Assembly (NCBI GenBank): GCA_046732895.1
Contig: JBKPNZ010000024.1
Span: 2,943 to 66,942 of the forward strand
From: Actinomycetota bacterium
GTDB lineage: Bacteria > Actinomycetota > Thermoleophilia > Solirubrobacterales > 70-9
Length of the DNA: 64,000 nt
Direction: 5' to 3'
Position numbers and translations under genes: made by a program. Below are positions 1 to 8,875 of the stretch, piece by piece. Position 1 is the first letter of the stretch. Each line of letters starts with the position of its first letter. The notes under the pieces are model-generated. The model was not told the origin of the DNA. It worked only from the letters and a program-made list of their open reading frames with translations, and ran no database searches.

Positions 1-1
1 G

Positions 2-598
2 ATGAACGTGAACCGCAAGGCGGGGCTCACCTTTGCCTCGGGTCTGCGCTCCATGCTGCGCGCGGACCCCGATGTGATCATGGTCGGTGAGATCCGCGAC
101 GCGGAGACCGCACGGATCGCGATCGAGTCGGCGCTCACGGGCCACCTGGTGCTTTCAACGCTGCACACGAACGACGCCCCGGGCACGATCATCCGCCTGT
201 CAAAGATGGGCATCGAGAGCTTCCTCACTGCATCCGCGGTTGACTGCGTGATCGCTCAGCGCCTGGCGCGCAAGCTCTGCGCCCACTGCAAGCGCCGCAC
301 CGCGGTGCCGGCGAGCGCGATGGTCGAGGCCGGGTTCCGCGTGGGCGCGGATCTCGAGTGCTGGGAGCCCGTCGGCTGCGCGCGGTGCAATGGGTCCGGC
401 TACAAGGGCCGGATCGGCCTTTTCTCGGTGATGGTGATGAGCGAGGAGATCAAGGACCTCACCGTGCAGAGCGCCCCTGATGCCGAGATCACGCGTGTTG
501 CGCGCGAGCAGGGAATGTCCACGCTCCGTGAGGACGGCCTGCGCAAGGTTCGCGACGGCGTCACGTCTATTGCCGAGGTGGCGCGCGTCGCCAGCTGA
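2..598 (+). CDS. pilB: Type IV pilus assembly ATPase PilB/GspE, C-terminal part (5' end lies outside window)
   Basis: Translation shows the Asp box MVGEIRD and His box [12 protein letters not shown]. It also has the tetracysteine motif CAHC...[12 protein letters not shown] typical of GspE/PilB C-termini. pilT and pilC follow. Confidence 0.9.
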   Translation: MNVNRKAGLTFASGLRSMLRADPDVIMVGEIRDAETARIAIESALTGHLVLSTLHTNDAPGTIIRLSKMGIESFLTASAVDCVIAQRLARKLCAHCKRRTAVPASAMVEAGFRVGADLECWEPVGCARCNGSGYKGRIGLFSVMVMSEEIKDLTVQSAPDAEITRVAREQGMSTLREDGLRKVRDGVTSIAEVARVAS

Positions 599-680
599 CT
601 CGGATCTCTCTGCCGCCTGCGTCCGGGCACGGGGACCGCGGTTAAAGCAAGTGGCCCAAGCCGACGATTAGGAACATGCG

Positions 681-1793
681 ATGAGCCTCGATTTCGCCGC
701 CGTGCTTACGAAGATGGTCGATGTCCGGGCATCGGACGTCCATCTGACGCCTGGCTACCCGCCGGCGATGCGTGTCCGCGGGCGCATTGCCGCCGTCGAG
801 GGCTGCTCGCCGCTGACATCGCAGGAGACCCGCGACATCGTCTACTCGCTGCTCAATGATTCGCAGCGCAAGCGCTTCGAGAACGAACTACAACTGGATT
901 TCGCCTACGCGATCCCGAACGTAGCTCGCTTCCGCGTCAACTGCTTCTTTCAGCGTGGCGCGATCTCGGCCGCCTTTCGGCTGATCCCGGCAGAGATTGC
1001 GAGCCTAGAGTCGCTCGGCCTGCCCCTGGTCATGTCAGAGTTCACGCGCAAGCCGCGGGGGTTCGTACTCATCACCGGGCCCACGGGCTCCGGAAAGTCG
1101 ACCAGCCTGGCGGCGCTCATCGACATGATCAACGAGGATCGCGAGGAGCACATCCTCACGATCGAGGACCCGATCGAGTTCCTGCACGCCCACAAGAAGT
1201 GCATCGTGAACCAGAGGGAGATCGGCAGCGACGCCAAGGACTTCGCGTTCGCGCTCAAGTCCGCCCTTCGCGAAGACCCGGACGTGATCCTGGTGGGCGA
1301 GATGCGCGACCTGGAGACGATCTCGACAGCGCTGACGGCTGCGGAGACAGGCCACCTCGTCTTCGCCACCCTCCACACGCAATCGACGGCACAGACGATC
1401 GACCGCATCATCGACGTCTTCCCGCCACATCAGCAGCAGCAGGTGCGCATGCAGCTATCGATCGCCCTCCAGGGGATCGTTACGCAGCAGCTCCTGCCGA
1501 CGGCCGATGGCTCCAGCCGGATTGCTGCATGTGAGGTCTTGATCCCGACTCCGGCCGTCCGCAATTTGATCCGGGAGGGAAAGACACATCAGATCTATTC
1601 GGCGATCCAGACCTCTGGCTCCATCGGGATGCAGACCATGGACGCCCACCTGGCCCAGCTCGTGCGCATGGGCAAGATCACTCGGGCGCTCGCCGAGCAG
1701 CGCGCGTCCGTGCCCGAGGAGCTGAAGCGTCTTCTGGGCGGCGCCACAAATGGGATGCCGGCACAGACGCCCGCGCCGATGAGCACCGGCTGA
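681..1793 (+). CDS. pilT: Twitching-motility (retraction) ATPase PilT
   Basis: 370 aa. Walker A GPTGSGKST, Asp box ILVGEMRD, His box TGHLVFATLHT, and the PilT-type AVRNLIREGK segment. Confidence 0.92.
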   Translation: MSLDFAAVLTKMVDVRASDVHLTPGYPPAMRVRGRIAAVEGCSPLTSQETRDIVYSLLNDSQRKRFENELQLDFAYAIPNVARFRVNCFFQRGAISAAFRLIPAEIASLESLGLPLVMSEFTRKPRGFVLITGPTGSGKSTSLAALIDMINEDREEHILTIEDPIEFLHAHKKCIVNQREIGSDAKDFAFALKSALREDPDVILVGEMRDLETISTALTAAETGHLVFATLHTQSTAQTIDRIIDVFPPHQQQQVRMQLSIALQGIVTQQLLPTADGSSRIAACEVLIPTPAVRNLIREGKTHQIYSAIQTSGSIGMQTMDAHLAQLVRMGKITRALAEQRASVPEELKRLLGGATNGMPAQTPAPMSTG

Positions 1794-1800
1794 GGAAGCC

Positions 1801-3033
1801 GTGGGAACGTTCGCATTCAGGGCAGTCGATCTTGCGGGAGTCCCCGCCCGAGGCGAGCTGGAGGCGTCCTCCAAGGCTCAGGTGACCGAGCAGCTGCGCC
1901 AGCGCGGGCTGATCGTCTTGGACGTCACCGAGAACAGGGAGGCGTTCAAGCTCGAAAGCGTCTTCCAGCGCTTCAAGAGCGTCAACCTGCGCAACCTCTC
2001 CATCTTCTCGCGGCAGTTCGCCACGCTGGTCGCCTCCGGCATGCCGATGCTGCGCTCGCTCTATACGCTGGAGGACCAGACCGAAGACGAGATGCTGAAG
2101 CCGGTCATCGGCGCTGTGCGCGCCGACGTCGAGGCAGGTAGCTCGCTCCACCAGGCTATGGAAAACCAGCCCGGCGTATTCGACCCTCTCTATCGCTCCA
2201 TGGTTCGCGCCGGCGAGGGCTCCGGCCGCCTCGAGGAAATCTTGGAGCGGGTGGCACATCAGCTCGAGAAAATGGATGCGCTGCGGCGCCAGGTGAAGTC
2301 GGCGATGTGGTACCCCGCAGTGGTCTTCAGCCTGGCCCTCGTCGTGATGATCGTGGTGGTCACGTTCATCGTCCCGGTGTTCGTGGGCATCTTCAACGAG
2401 ATCGCCGCCGATTACCCCGAAGAGGACACGGCGCTGCCACTGCCTACGCAGATCACGGTGGCGGTCTCGGACTTCATCACCGGCAAGTGGTTCGTACTGA
2501 TCCCTTGCATCGCCCTGTCCGTGTACGGGTTTCTTCGTTGGAAGAAGACCGAGCGCGGGCAGGCCCAGTGGGATCAGTTCAAACTACGAATCCCGCGCAT
2601 CGGGGACGTCGTACAGAAGGTGGCCCTCGCCCGCTGGTCCCGCACGTTCGCGGGCGCCATTTCGGCAGGCGTTCCGATGCTGCAGGCGATTCAGATCGCC
2701 GGTGAGACTGCCGGCAACGCAGTCATCCACGAGGCGATGGACGACGTCTATGACTCGGTCAAGCGCGGCGGCTCGATCTCGAAGCCGCTTGCTGATCACG
2801 AAGTCTTCCCGCCGATGGTCTCGCACATGGTTTCCGTGGGCGAGGAGTCGGGTCAGCTCGAAACGATGCTCGAGAAGGTCGCCGACTTCTATGAAGCTGA
2901 GGTGGATGCGAAGATCAAGGCTCTCACCTCGCTGATCGAGCCCCTCATGATCATGATCGTGGGAGGCGTCGTCGGCTTCATCGTGATCTCGATGTATCTG
3001 CCGATCTTCAGCCTCTACGACAAGATCCGCTGA
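1801..3033 (+). CDS. pilC: Type IV pilus inner-membrane platform protein PilC (GspF family)
   Basis: 410 aa with a GTG start. Duplicated GspF-type domain (FSRQFATLVASGMPMLRSL ... VSVGEESGQLETMLEKVADFYE) with hydrophobic TM segments. Sits in pilB-pilT-pilC order. Confidence 0.9.
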   Translation: MGTFAFRAVDLAGVPARGELEASSKAQVTEQLRQRGLIVLDVTENREAFKLESVFQRFKSVNLRNLSIFSRQFATLVASGMPMLRSLYTLEDQTEDEMLKPVIGAVRADVEAGSSLHQAMENQPGVFDPLYRSMVRAGEGSGRLEEILERVAHQLEKMDALRRQVKSAMWYPAVVFSLALVVMIVVVTFIVPVFVGIFNEIAADYPEEDTALPLPTQITVAVSDFITGKWFVLIPCIALSVYGFLRWKKTERGQAQWDQFKLRIPRIGDVVQKVALARWSRTFAGAISAGVPMLQAIQIAGETAGNAVIHEAMDDVYDSVKRGGSISKPLADHEVFPPMVSHMVSVGEESGQLETMLEKVADFYEAEVDAKIKALTSLIEPLMIMIVGGVVGFIVISMYLPIFSLYDKIR

Positions 3034-3035
3034 GC

Positions 3036-3059
3036 ACCGCCCGCCTAAGCGGGTGGGTC
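3036..3059. terminator. GC-rich hairpin between convergent pilC and 3085..3501
   Basis: CACCGCCCGC-CTAA-GCGGGTGGGTG imperfect stem-loop immediately after the pilC stop. It lies between two convergent genes. Confidence 0.35.
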
Positions 3060-3084
3060 ACGTGATGAGCGCGCTCCTCCGACC

Positions 3085-3501
3085 CTAGGCGCGACGGCTG
3101 ATCACGATCCGCCCGACGACCCGTCCGGAGCTCAGCAGGCGGACCCCGAAGCGTCCGCGGCGGTCGGCGAAGATGTCGAACAGGGCTGGGGCGCTGCGGT
3201 CGACTGCCTCGACGAGGCCGAAGCCGTCGAGCTTTACCTGGTCGGAGCGACTGGAGACCACCCTAAGGCGGAGCTGATCGCCCACGTGGAGCTTGACTGG
3301 TGGCCGCGAACGCTCCGCGCTCATCGTCGCCGTAACCAGCCTGCCTCGGGTGCGATCAGGCTCGGCCGAGCGCGTCGTAGTGCTCGACGTGGTCGTGCTG
3401 TCTGTGCCGATCGGTCGCCGGGGAGCCGGCACGAGCACGGCGGCGACCGTGGAGAGCACGAGCATGACCACGAGGACGGCGACAAGGCGGCGGGCAGCCA
3501 T
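3085..3501 (-). CDS. Hypothetical membrane-anchored protein
   Basis: 138 aa. N-terminal TM helix (LVAVLVVMLVLSTVAAVLV), a Ser/Thr-rich linker, and a beta-rich C-domain (VKLHVGDQLRLRVVS...GRFGVRLLSSGRVVGRIVI) reminiscent of small cupredoxin-like folds. No family recognised with certainty. Confidence 0.5.
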   Translation of the reverse strand: MAARRLVAVLVVMLVLSTVAAVLVPAPRRPIGTDSTTTSSTTTRSAEPDRTRGRLVTATMSAERSRPPVKLHVGDQLRLRVVSSRSDQVKLDGFGLVEAVDRSAPALFDIFADRRGRFGVRLLSSGRVVGRIVISRRA

Positions 3502-3657
3502 GCCGCGGGTTAGGTGCCCGCCATCGGACGTGCGTCCAGTAGGGGCCAGCCCCTAGGCGTGCATGAGCCGCGCCACTCACTCATGCGTCCAGAAATGTCC
3601 CAATCCGCTCTAAAGGCGCGCCTGTCCGGGACCGATAGAGGGTCCCGTAAGGGCCAG

Positions 3658-3750
3658 TGTCCCGGTGATAAAAGGCAAACTCGGTGCAAGCCGGGGGCGC
3701 AAAGCCACAGGACTCTCGCAAGGGAGTTGGCTGGGTTACCGCCGGGGTCA
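3658..3750 (+). promoter_or_regulatory. c-di-GMP-I (GEMM-I) riboswitch aptamer in the pilA leader
   Basis: The sequence is CCCGGUGAUAAAAGGCAAACUCGGUGCAAGCCGGGGGCGCAAAGCCACAGGACUCUCGCAAGGGAGUUGGCUGGGUUACCGCCGGGG. It has the GGCAAAC element, a P2 hairpin CUCGGU/GCCGGG capped by the GNRA loop GCAA, and GCGCAAAGCC. It also has a P3 hairpin capped by GCAA, GGGUUACCG, and a closing P1 stem CCCGG/CCGGG. This is the same element order as the V. cholerae Vc2 aptamer. It ends about 70 nt upstream of the pilA ATG. Confidence 0.75.
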
Positions 3751-3820
3751 CAAAAAGACTTCCGATGGCTGATGGTCACGGGGCTCTGGCAAGGAAAAGG
3801 AACCCAAGGAGGGTACCCCC

Positions 3821-4270
3821 ATGATCCAGAAGCTCCGCGAACGGAGTTCAAGCGAAGGCGGTTTCACCCTGGTGGAGCTGCTGGTCGTCATGCTGATCCT
3901 CGGACTGCTGGCGGCAATCGCGATCCCGTCGTTCTTCAACCAGCGCGATAAGGCCAAGGACTCCAGCGCAAAGGAAGCCGTCCGTACCGCGCAGACGGCG
4001 ATGGAGACGTACTCCACCGACCACAACGGCAGCTACTCACTGGCTGACGAGGCTGCGTTGGTGAATATCGAGCCAACGCTGAACGACGTCAACTCAGACG
4101 GTCGCTTGCATGTTGACGAGGCTACCGACACTGCCTACACGATCACGGTCGACTCGACCAACACGCCGAACACGTTCAGCATCGCGCGTGACGCTGACGG
4201 CAACCTGACGTACGACTGCGAGGAGCCCGATAACGACGGCTGCCCGTCGGGTGGCTGGGGCGGCGAGTAA
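3821..4270 (+). CDS. pilA: Major type IV pilin
   Basis: 149 aa. Class III signal peptide MIQKLRERSSSEG|FTLVELLVVMLILGLLAAIAIP with Gly-1, Phe+1 and Glu+5. C-terminal Cys pair (DCEEPDNDGC). AAGGAGGG Shine-Dalgarno upstream and its own hairpin terminator downstream. Confidence 0.9.
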   Translation: MIQKLRERSSSEGGFTLVELLVVMLILGLLAAIAIPSFFNQRDKAKDSSAKEAVRTAQTAMETYSTDHNGSYSLADEAALVNIEPTLNDVNSDGRLHVDEATDTAYTITVDSTNTPNTFSIARDADGNLTYDCEEPDNDGCPSGGWGGE

Positions 4271-4324
4271 GCGCCAATCCGAAACAACGGACCTCCCAGT
4301 CTGAATCCAGACCGGGACGAAGCG

Positions 4325-4352
4325 AAGGGCGGGCCGCTAAGGCCCGCCCTTC
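4325..4352 (+). terminator. Hairpin terminator after pilA
   Basis: Perfect 12-bp stem GAAGGGCGGGCC-GCTA-GGCCCGCCCTTC, followed by GTCGTTCC. Located 55 nt after the pilA stop. Confidence 0.6.
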
Positions 4353-4449
4353 GTCGTTCCGTGGCTGCGCGGCACGCCTGCACGAACCTATGAATCCGCG
4401 GTCATCCCACTCAAGGCTTGACGCCATCCGCCGATGTAACGGCAGACGC

Positions 4450-5925
4450 ATGCGCGCTCCAGCCCACAATCCGCCCCGACCGCGCCGCCGCCGCGTGAGC
4501 GACGAGCACGGCTTCGCTACCGCGACTGTGCTGCTCATGATGCTGGCGGCCTTCGCGGTCGTGACGGTCAGCGTCACCGCTTCGATTGACGCCCAACACG
4601 GCACGATCCGAGACCAGCGCACTAAGTCGGCTTTTGGCGTGGCCGAGGCCGGTGTTGCGCAGGCTCTCCTGAACTACAACGGCGGCTTCTCCCCTGCCGA
4701 CACGAGTCCCTGTCTGACGCCGGTCGGCAACCCGGCAAACACCGTCCAGCCGCGCGTGACGCAGAATGACGGGTGGTGCGCAGCCGTCACCGGCACCAGC
4801 GAATCCGGCACCTTCAGCTACCAGGTCTGCCCCCGGTGGTCCGAATCAACACAGACGTGTCTGACGAGCGGCGCGGCCACCGGCGCTCTGAACATCGTCT
4901 CCAGCGGGGCCGCGAACGGGGTGGGCCGGCGTATCGACGTCATCGCGAAATCGGCCGGCGGCTCGCAGATCTTCCTCGACGCCGGGGTGAAGTCCCAGAC
5001 CAACATCACCCTCGACTCGAACGCCGAGATTCACTCGCCATCGTCGGCCGGCGGCAACATTGCGCTCGCTTCGACGAGCACTAGGCTGTGCGGAACATCG
5101 ACCGTGGGACCCAGCGGAACGGCCACGGGCACCGGCCTCTACACCAGCGATGTGGATTGCCTCCCTCCGGCCCTGAGCCTTTCGAGTGTCGGCCATCAGA
5201 CCGTGAGCCTGCCCCCGGTCAACCAGGGCGATGCGGGTACCGTCAACGACAACTGCCGGATTCGGGCCGCTGTCACCGGAACCGCCTCCTGCACAGGGGG
5301 GGATTTCAGGGATCTGATCAGCGGCAGCACCAACAACGTCTCCTGGAATCCGGCCACGCGCGTCCTCGATCTCTCGGGTCAGAAGACATCGCTGACACTC
5401 ACCGGGAAGACCTACAGCTTCTGCCGGCTCACGATGTCGCAGAACTCATCGCTTTACGTCGCTGCCACGAACCCCAAGGTCAGCATTTTCTTCGACTCGC
5501 CGGAGGCCTGCGGCCTGCCGCCCTACAACACCACGACCGGCACCCTCCAGAAGGCGACTGCTCAGATGTACTTGGAGAGCAATACGCGCATCACTGCGGC
5601 CAACGGCCAGGCGCTCGGGCTCTACTTCGTCGGCTCGCCAACGATCCGGACCGGCGTGCTGATGAGCAGCAATAGCGACGGCAACGCAAGCTGCGTGCAG
5701 AACTTCGTCATCTACGCGCCCCTGACCGACATCGAACTGAACTCGAACTCGACGTACTGCGGCGCGATCGCAGGCAAGTCCATCCGCATGGACTCAAACG
5801 CGAGGTTCCTCACCAACGACAACGCGCGCTCAGTCATCCTCCCTGGTGGTTCGCCTCATTATGTGAAGAGCAAGTTCGTCGATTGCGCTGCGGCGTCGTC
5901 ATCGCCTCCGAACGCCGGGTGTTGA
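4450..5925 (+). CDS. Large PilX/GspK-like minor pseudopilin lacking Glu+5
   Basis: From ORF 4390..5925. The N-terminal hydrophobic segment EHG|FATATVLLMMLAAFAVVTV looks like a prepilin site but has Thr at +5. The ~440-aa C-terminal region is rich in Ser/Thr/Gly/Asn. The start is uncertain (ATG 4390, ATG 4450 or GTG 4495). Confidence 0.6.
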   Translation: MRAPAHNPPRPRRRRVSDEHGFATATVLLMMLAAFAVVTVSVTASIDAQHGTIRDQRTKSAFGVAEAGVAQALLNYNGGFSPADTSPCLTPVGNPANTVQPRVTQNDGWCAAVTGTSESGTFSYQVCPRWSESTQTCLTSGAATGALNIVSSGAANGVGRRIDVIAKSAGGSQIFLDAGVKSQTNITLDSNAEIHSPSSAGGNIALASTSTRLCGTSTVGPSGTATGTGLYTSDVDCLPPALSLSSVGHQTVSLPPVNQGDAGTVNDNCRIRAAVTGTASCTGGDFRDLISGSTNNVSWNPATRVLDLSGQKTSLTLTGKTYSFCRLTMSQNSSLYVAATNPKVSIFFDSPEACGLPPYNTTTGTLQKATAQMYLESNTRITAANGQALGLYFVGSPTIRTGVLMSSNSDGNASCVQNFVIYAPLTDIELNSNSTYCGAIAGKSIRMDSNARFLTNDNARSVILPGGSPHYVKSKFVDCAAASSSPPNAGC

Positions 5926-5932
5926 GCGCACC

Positions 5933-6499
5933 ATGGGTTTGCCGACATCCCTCACCGGCGTTAGGCGGGACGAGGACGGCTTCACGCTCGTCGAGCTCCT
6001 GGTCGCCATCTCGATCGGACTGATTGTTCTCGGCGCGGCGGTGATGGTCTTCACCGCGGGCGTACGCAGTCAGCTACGGGCCGACTCTCAGAGCGCCGCC
6101 GTGCAGCAGGCGCGCACCACGATGGAGCGCCTCGTCCGAGAGCTGCGCCAGGGCTCCGGACTGGCGCCTGGGACCACGCCCACTTCGACACAACTCTCCT
6201 TCATCACCTACGTCCACAGCACCTGCACCGGTGTCCCGTCGAGCACCGCGACGCTGTGCGGCGTCACATACGCGTGCAGCGCCAGCACGTGCACCCGTCG
6301 CGTCTCGAGACCGGACGGTTCCTCGCCGGGCGCGGCCGTGAAGGTTGTTACGGGCCTGTCCAGCGCCAACGTCTTCGCCTACTCACCCAGCGCCGCGGCC
6401 CCGACCTATGTCACCGCCACAGTGCGCCTGCCGTCGTTCGGCGGCGGCAACGCGATCACCCTCAGCGACGGTGCTGCCCTGCGGAACGTGAGCGGTTGA
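5933..6499 (+). CDS. Minor pilin (PilW-like), prepilin-type N-terminal methylation motif
   Basis: 188 aa. RRDEDG|FTLVELLVAISIGLIVLGAAV with Glu+5. Confidence 0.8.
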   Translation: MGLPTSLTGVRRDEDGFTLVELLVAISIGLIVLGAAVMVFTAGVRSQLRADSQSAAVQQARTTMERLVRELRQGSGLAPGTTPTSTQLSFITYVHSTCTGVPSSTATLCGVTYACSASTCTRRVSRPDGSSPGAAVKVVTGLSSANVFAYSPSAAAPTYVTATVRLPSFGGGNAITLSDGAALRNVSG

Positions 6500-6501
6500 C
6501 C

Positions 6502-8031
6502 ATGCGCCCGATTCGAACCATAGGACGAAGCGACGGCTTCACCGTTGTCGAGGTGATGGTCGCTGCGATGGTGCTCGCGCTAAGTGCCCTGGCAGTGATG
6601 GGGCTCGTCGATGCCACCTCGCGCAACAATCTCCGCGCACAACAGAGCCAGGTCGTCAACAACCGCCTCCAGCAGGAGATGGAGGCGATCAAGCAGCTGC
6701 CGTACTCAAAGGTTGGGCTCACATCGCTTCCGGCTCACTCCACCGACATCGCCGATCCGGACTATCGCGTGTCCGGGGCACAGTTCAATGTCAATGGAGG
6801 TGGCGCCCCGGCCAACTGGAACCTCGTCTACAACGGCGGACATTCCAACGAGACCGGTGCCGAGGTCTCAGGCGGGACCATCGATCCTGGGCCAACGACC
6901 TTTCACAACGGCAACGTTAAGGGCAAGATCTACCGCTATGTCGTGTGGAAGCCGGAATCGAACTGCACGAACTGCGCGCATCAGCCAAACAGCGACAGCT
7001 ATCTCGGCAGTCAGGTCAACTGGTTCAAGCACGTCACCGTCGCGGTCACCGTCGACCAGACCGCATCGGGCGGAACGCGGACGTACCAGGAGCTGCAAAG
7101 CGACATCGGCAATCCCGATGCGGGCCAGGGAAGCGGCTCGGGCGGCGGGACATCCAACAACAACAAGACACCATGGACCTTCTGGTTGACCGATACGCCG
7201 TGCAACAACGACACGCGACAGTCGATCGACTCCGACCACCTCACCCACGACACGTTCGGGGCGTGCTCGAAGGGCCTGACGACGGGCCCCCCTGGCTCGC
7301 TGGGCGCGAACGCCGGCGCTCCCGATCTGATGTTCACCGCGCCCGCACCCTGCCTCAACAACGATTGCACGACCCCGCAGCCGCTCCACGACTACGCCAC
7401 CGATGTCGAGCCCGGGTGTGGCAGCGTCGACTGCACGAGCGACGACAAGGGACTGCAGGAGTTGCTGCCGACTAACGCGCTGAACGGCGGCAGTTGCGCA
7501 ACGGACCTGAATGCCCTCACTCCGGCGGGGCTGACGAGCCTGCTGAGCCTTGGATCGGACCCCGAGTGGTACGTCCACAAGTGGGTGTCGCCCCAGACCC
7601 CCTCCAACTGGAACAGCATCCTCTTGAATGGAACGGGAACGTTGAGCCTCTGGACGCAGACGGTGGGCGGCGCGAGCTATGCGGGGCGGATCTGCGTGTG
7701 GCTCTTCACGAGGCACCTGAACGCTGCCGTCCCCGTCGACACGATCGCGGTGAACACGAGCACGATCGACGCCTGCAATCCCAGCCGCCAGATCAGCGCC
7801 AATCTCACCTACTTCCCCTGCACCTACGCGTCGTGGCCGAGCGGTCAATGGACCGAGATCCATGTCCCGCTGAGCTTCAGCGCGCTGAGCTTGCCCGCGG
7901 GTGATCGCCTCGGCCTCGCGGTCGGAGTCGAACGCCAGGGCACCAATGGCAGCGGCCTCCAGTTCATGTACGACGCGCCCACCTACGACAGCAGGCTGGA
8001 AGTGAACACGACGTCCGCGCTGCCGTTCTAG
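6502..8031 (+). CDS. Large minor pilin (PilV-like N-terminus plus ~470-aa C-terminal domain)
   Basis: The in-frame ATG at 6502 gives MRPIRTIGRSDG|FTVVEVMVAAMVLAL with Glu+5. The upstream part of ORF 6256..8031 overlaps the previous gene and was discarded. Confidence 0.75.
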   Translation: MRPIRTIGRSDGFTVVEVMVAAMVLALSALAVMGLVDATSRNNLRAQQSQVVNNRLQQEMEAIKQLPYSKVGLTSLPAHSTDIADPDYRVSGAQFNVNGGGAPANWNLVYNGGHSNETGAEVSGGTIDPGPTTFHNGNVKGKIYRYVVWKPESNCTNCAHQPNSDSYLGSQVNWFKHVTVAVTVDQTASGGTRTYQELQSDIGNPDAGQGSGSGGGTSNNNKTPWTFWLTDTPCNNDTRQSIDSDHLTHDTFGACSKGLTTGPPGSLGANAGAPDLMFTAPAPCLNNDCTTPQPLHDYATDVEPGCGSVDCTSDDKGLQELLPTNALNGGSCATDLNALTPAGLTSLLSLGSDPEWYVHKWVSPQTPSNWNSILLNGTGTLSLWTQTVGGASYAGRICVWLFTRHLNAAVPVDTIAVNTSTIDACNPSRQISANLTYFPCTYASWPSGQWTEIHVPLSFSALSLPAGDRLGLAVGVERQGTNGSGLQFMYDAPTYDSRLEVNTTSALPF

Positions 8032-8095
8032 GGATCGGGGCGCTCAACCTCCAAGCGGGTTTGACCGATTAAAGGGTGGACCCGTCCACCCACCC

Positions 8096-8875
8096 GTGAG
8101 AGCGATCAACGAGACCGTGCCAGCCATCATCGCCTTTCCCATCGGACTCCTCCTCGGTAGCTTCGTGACCGTCCTCGCCCACCGAGTCCCTCGGCACGAA
8201 TCGTTCGTTGCCGGCCGGTCGCGCTGCCCGGACTGCGGCGCTCAGATCGCTGCATATGACAACATTCCGGTGCTGTCGTGGCTGTGGCTCCGAGGACGCT
8301 GTCGCTCCTGTGGAGAGCGCATCTCGGCCCGCTATCCGCTCGCGGAGCTTGGCTTGGGTCTCCTTTACCTCGGGACGCTCCTTGCCCTCGGGACCGACGA
8401 CGCGGGGCAGCTCGTCATGGGGCTGGTCCTGTGCACGGTGCTTGTCGCGGTCACTCTTACCGACCTGGAGTTGCGGATCATCCCGAACGCACTAGTTCTC
8501 GGGGGCAGCGTCGCTGGGCTGATCCTCCTTGCCGTCGCGGGTCCCGCTGCGCTGCCTGCGCACCTGATCGCAGCCGGCCTCGCCGGTGGCGTGCTCTTCG
8601 TGATCGCGCTCGCGTATCCGCGCGGGATGGGAATGGGAGACGTGAAGCTGGTCGCGATGATGGGCCTTTATCTCGGGCGCGCTGTGGCGCCCGCCCTGCT
8701 CGTCGCATTCGCTGCGGGAGCCATCGTCGGTCTGGCCATGATCGCCCGGATGGGCGCCGACGCGCGCAAACGCGCCATCCCGTTTGGGCCATTCCTTGCC
8801 TTCGGAGGCGTTGTCGCCCTTTGGTTCGGCGACGCCATGGTCGACTGGTACCTCGACACCTTCAGCGGGGGCTGA
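8096..8875 (+). CDS. pilD: Prepilin peptidase / N-methyltransferase (A24 family)
   Basis: 259 aa with a GTG start. CPDCG...CRSCG zinc motif, multiple TM helices, and Asp-containing A24 motifs (LTDLELRIIP, GMGMGDVKL). Confidence 0.9.
   Translation: MRAINETVPAIIAFPIGLLLGSFVTVLAHRVPRHESFVAGRSRCPDCGAQIAAYDNIPVLSWLWLRGRCRSCGERISARYPLAELGLGLLYLGTLLALGTDDAGQLVMGLVLCTVLVAVTLTDLELRIIPNALVLGGSVAGLILLAVAGPAALPAHLIAAGLAGGVLFVIALAYPRGMGMGDVKLVAMMGLYLGRAVAPALLVAFAAGAIVGLAMIARMGADARKRAIPFGPFLAFGGVVALWFGDAMVDWYLDTFSGG

Noticed and set aside
3085-3501. The reverse-oriented gene inside the pilus locus, considered as a pilus component or regulator.
   Set aside because: It has only a TM helix plus a small beta-rich domain, with no pilin motif, no HTH and no recognisable pilus-family signature. 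It is kept as a hypothetical protein.
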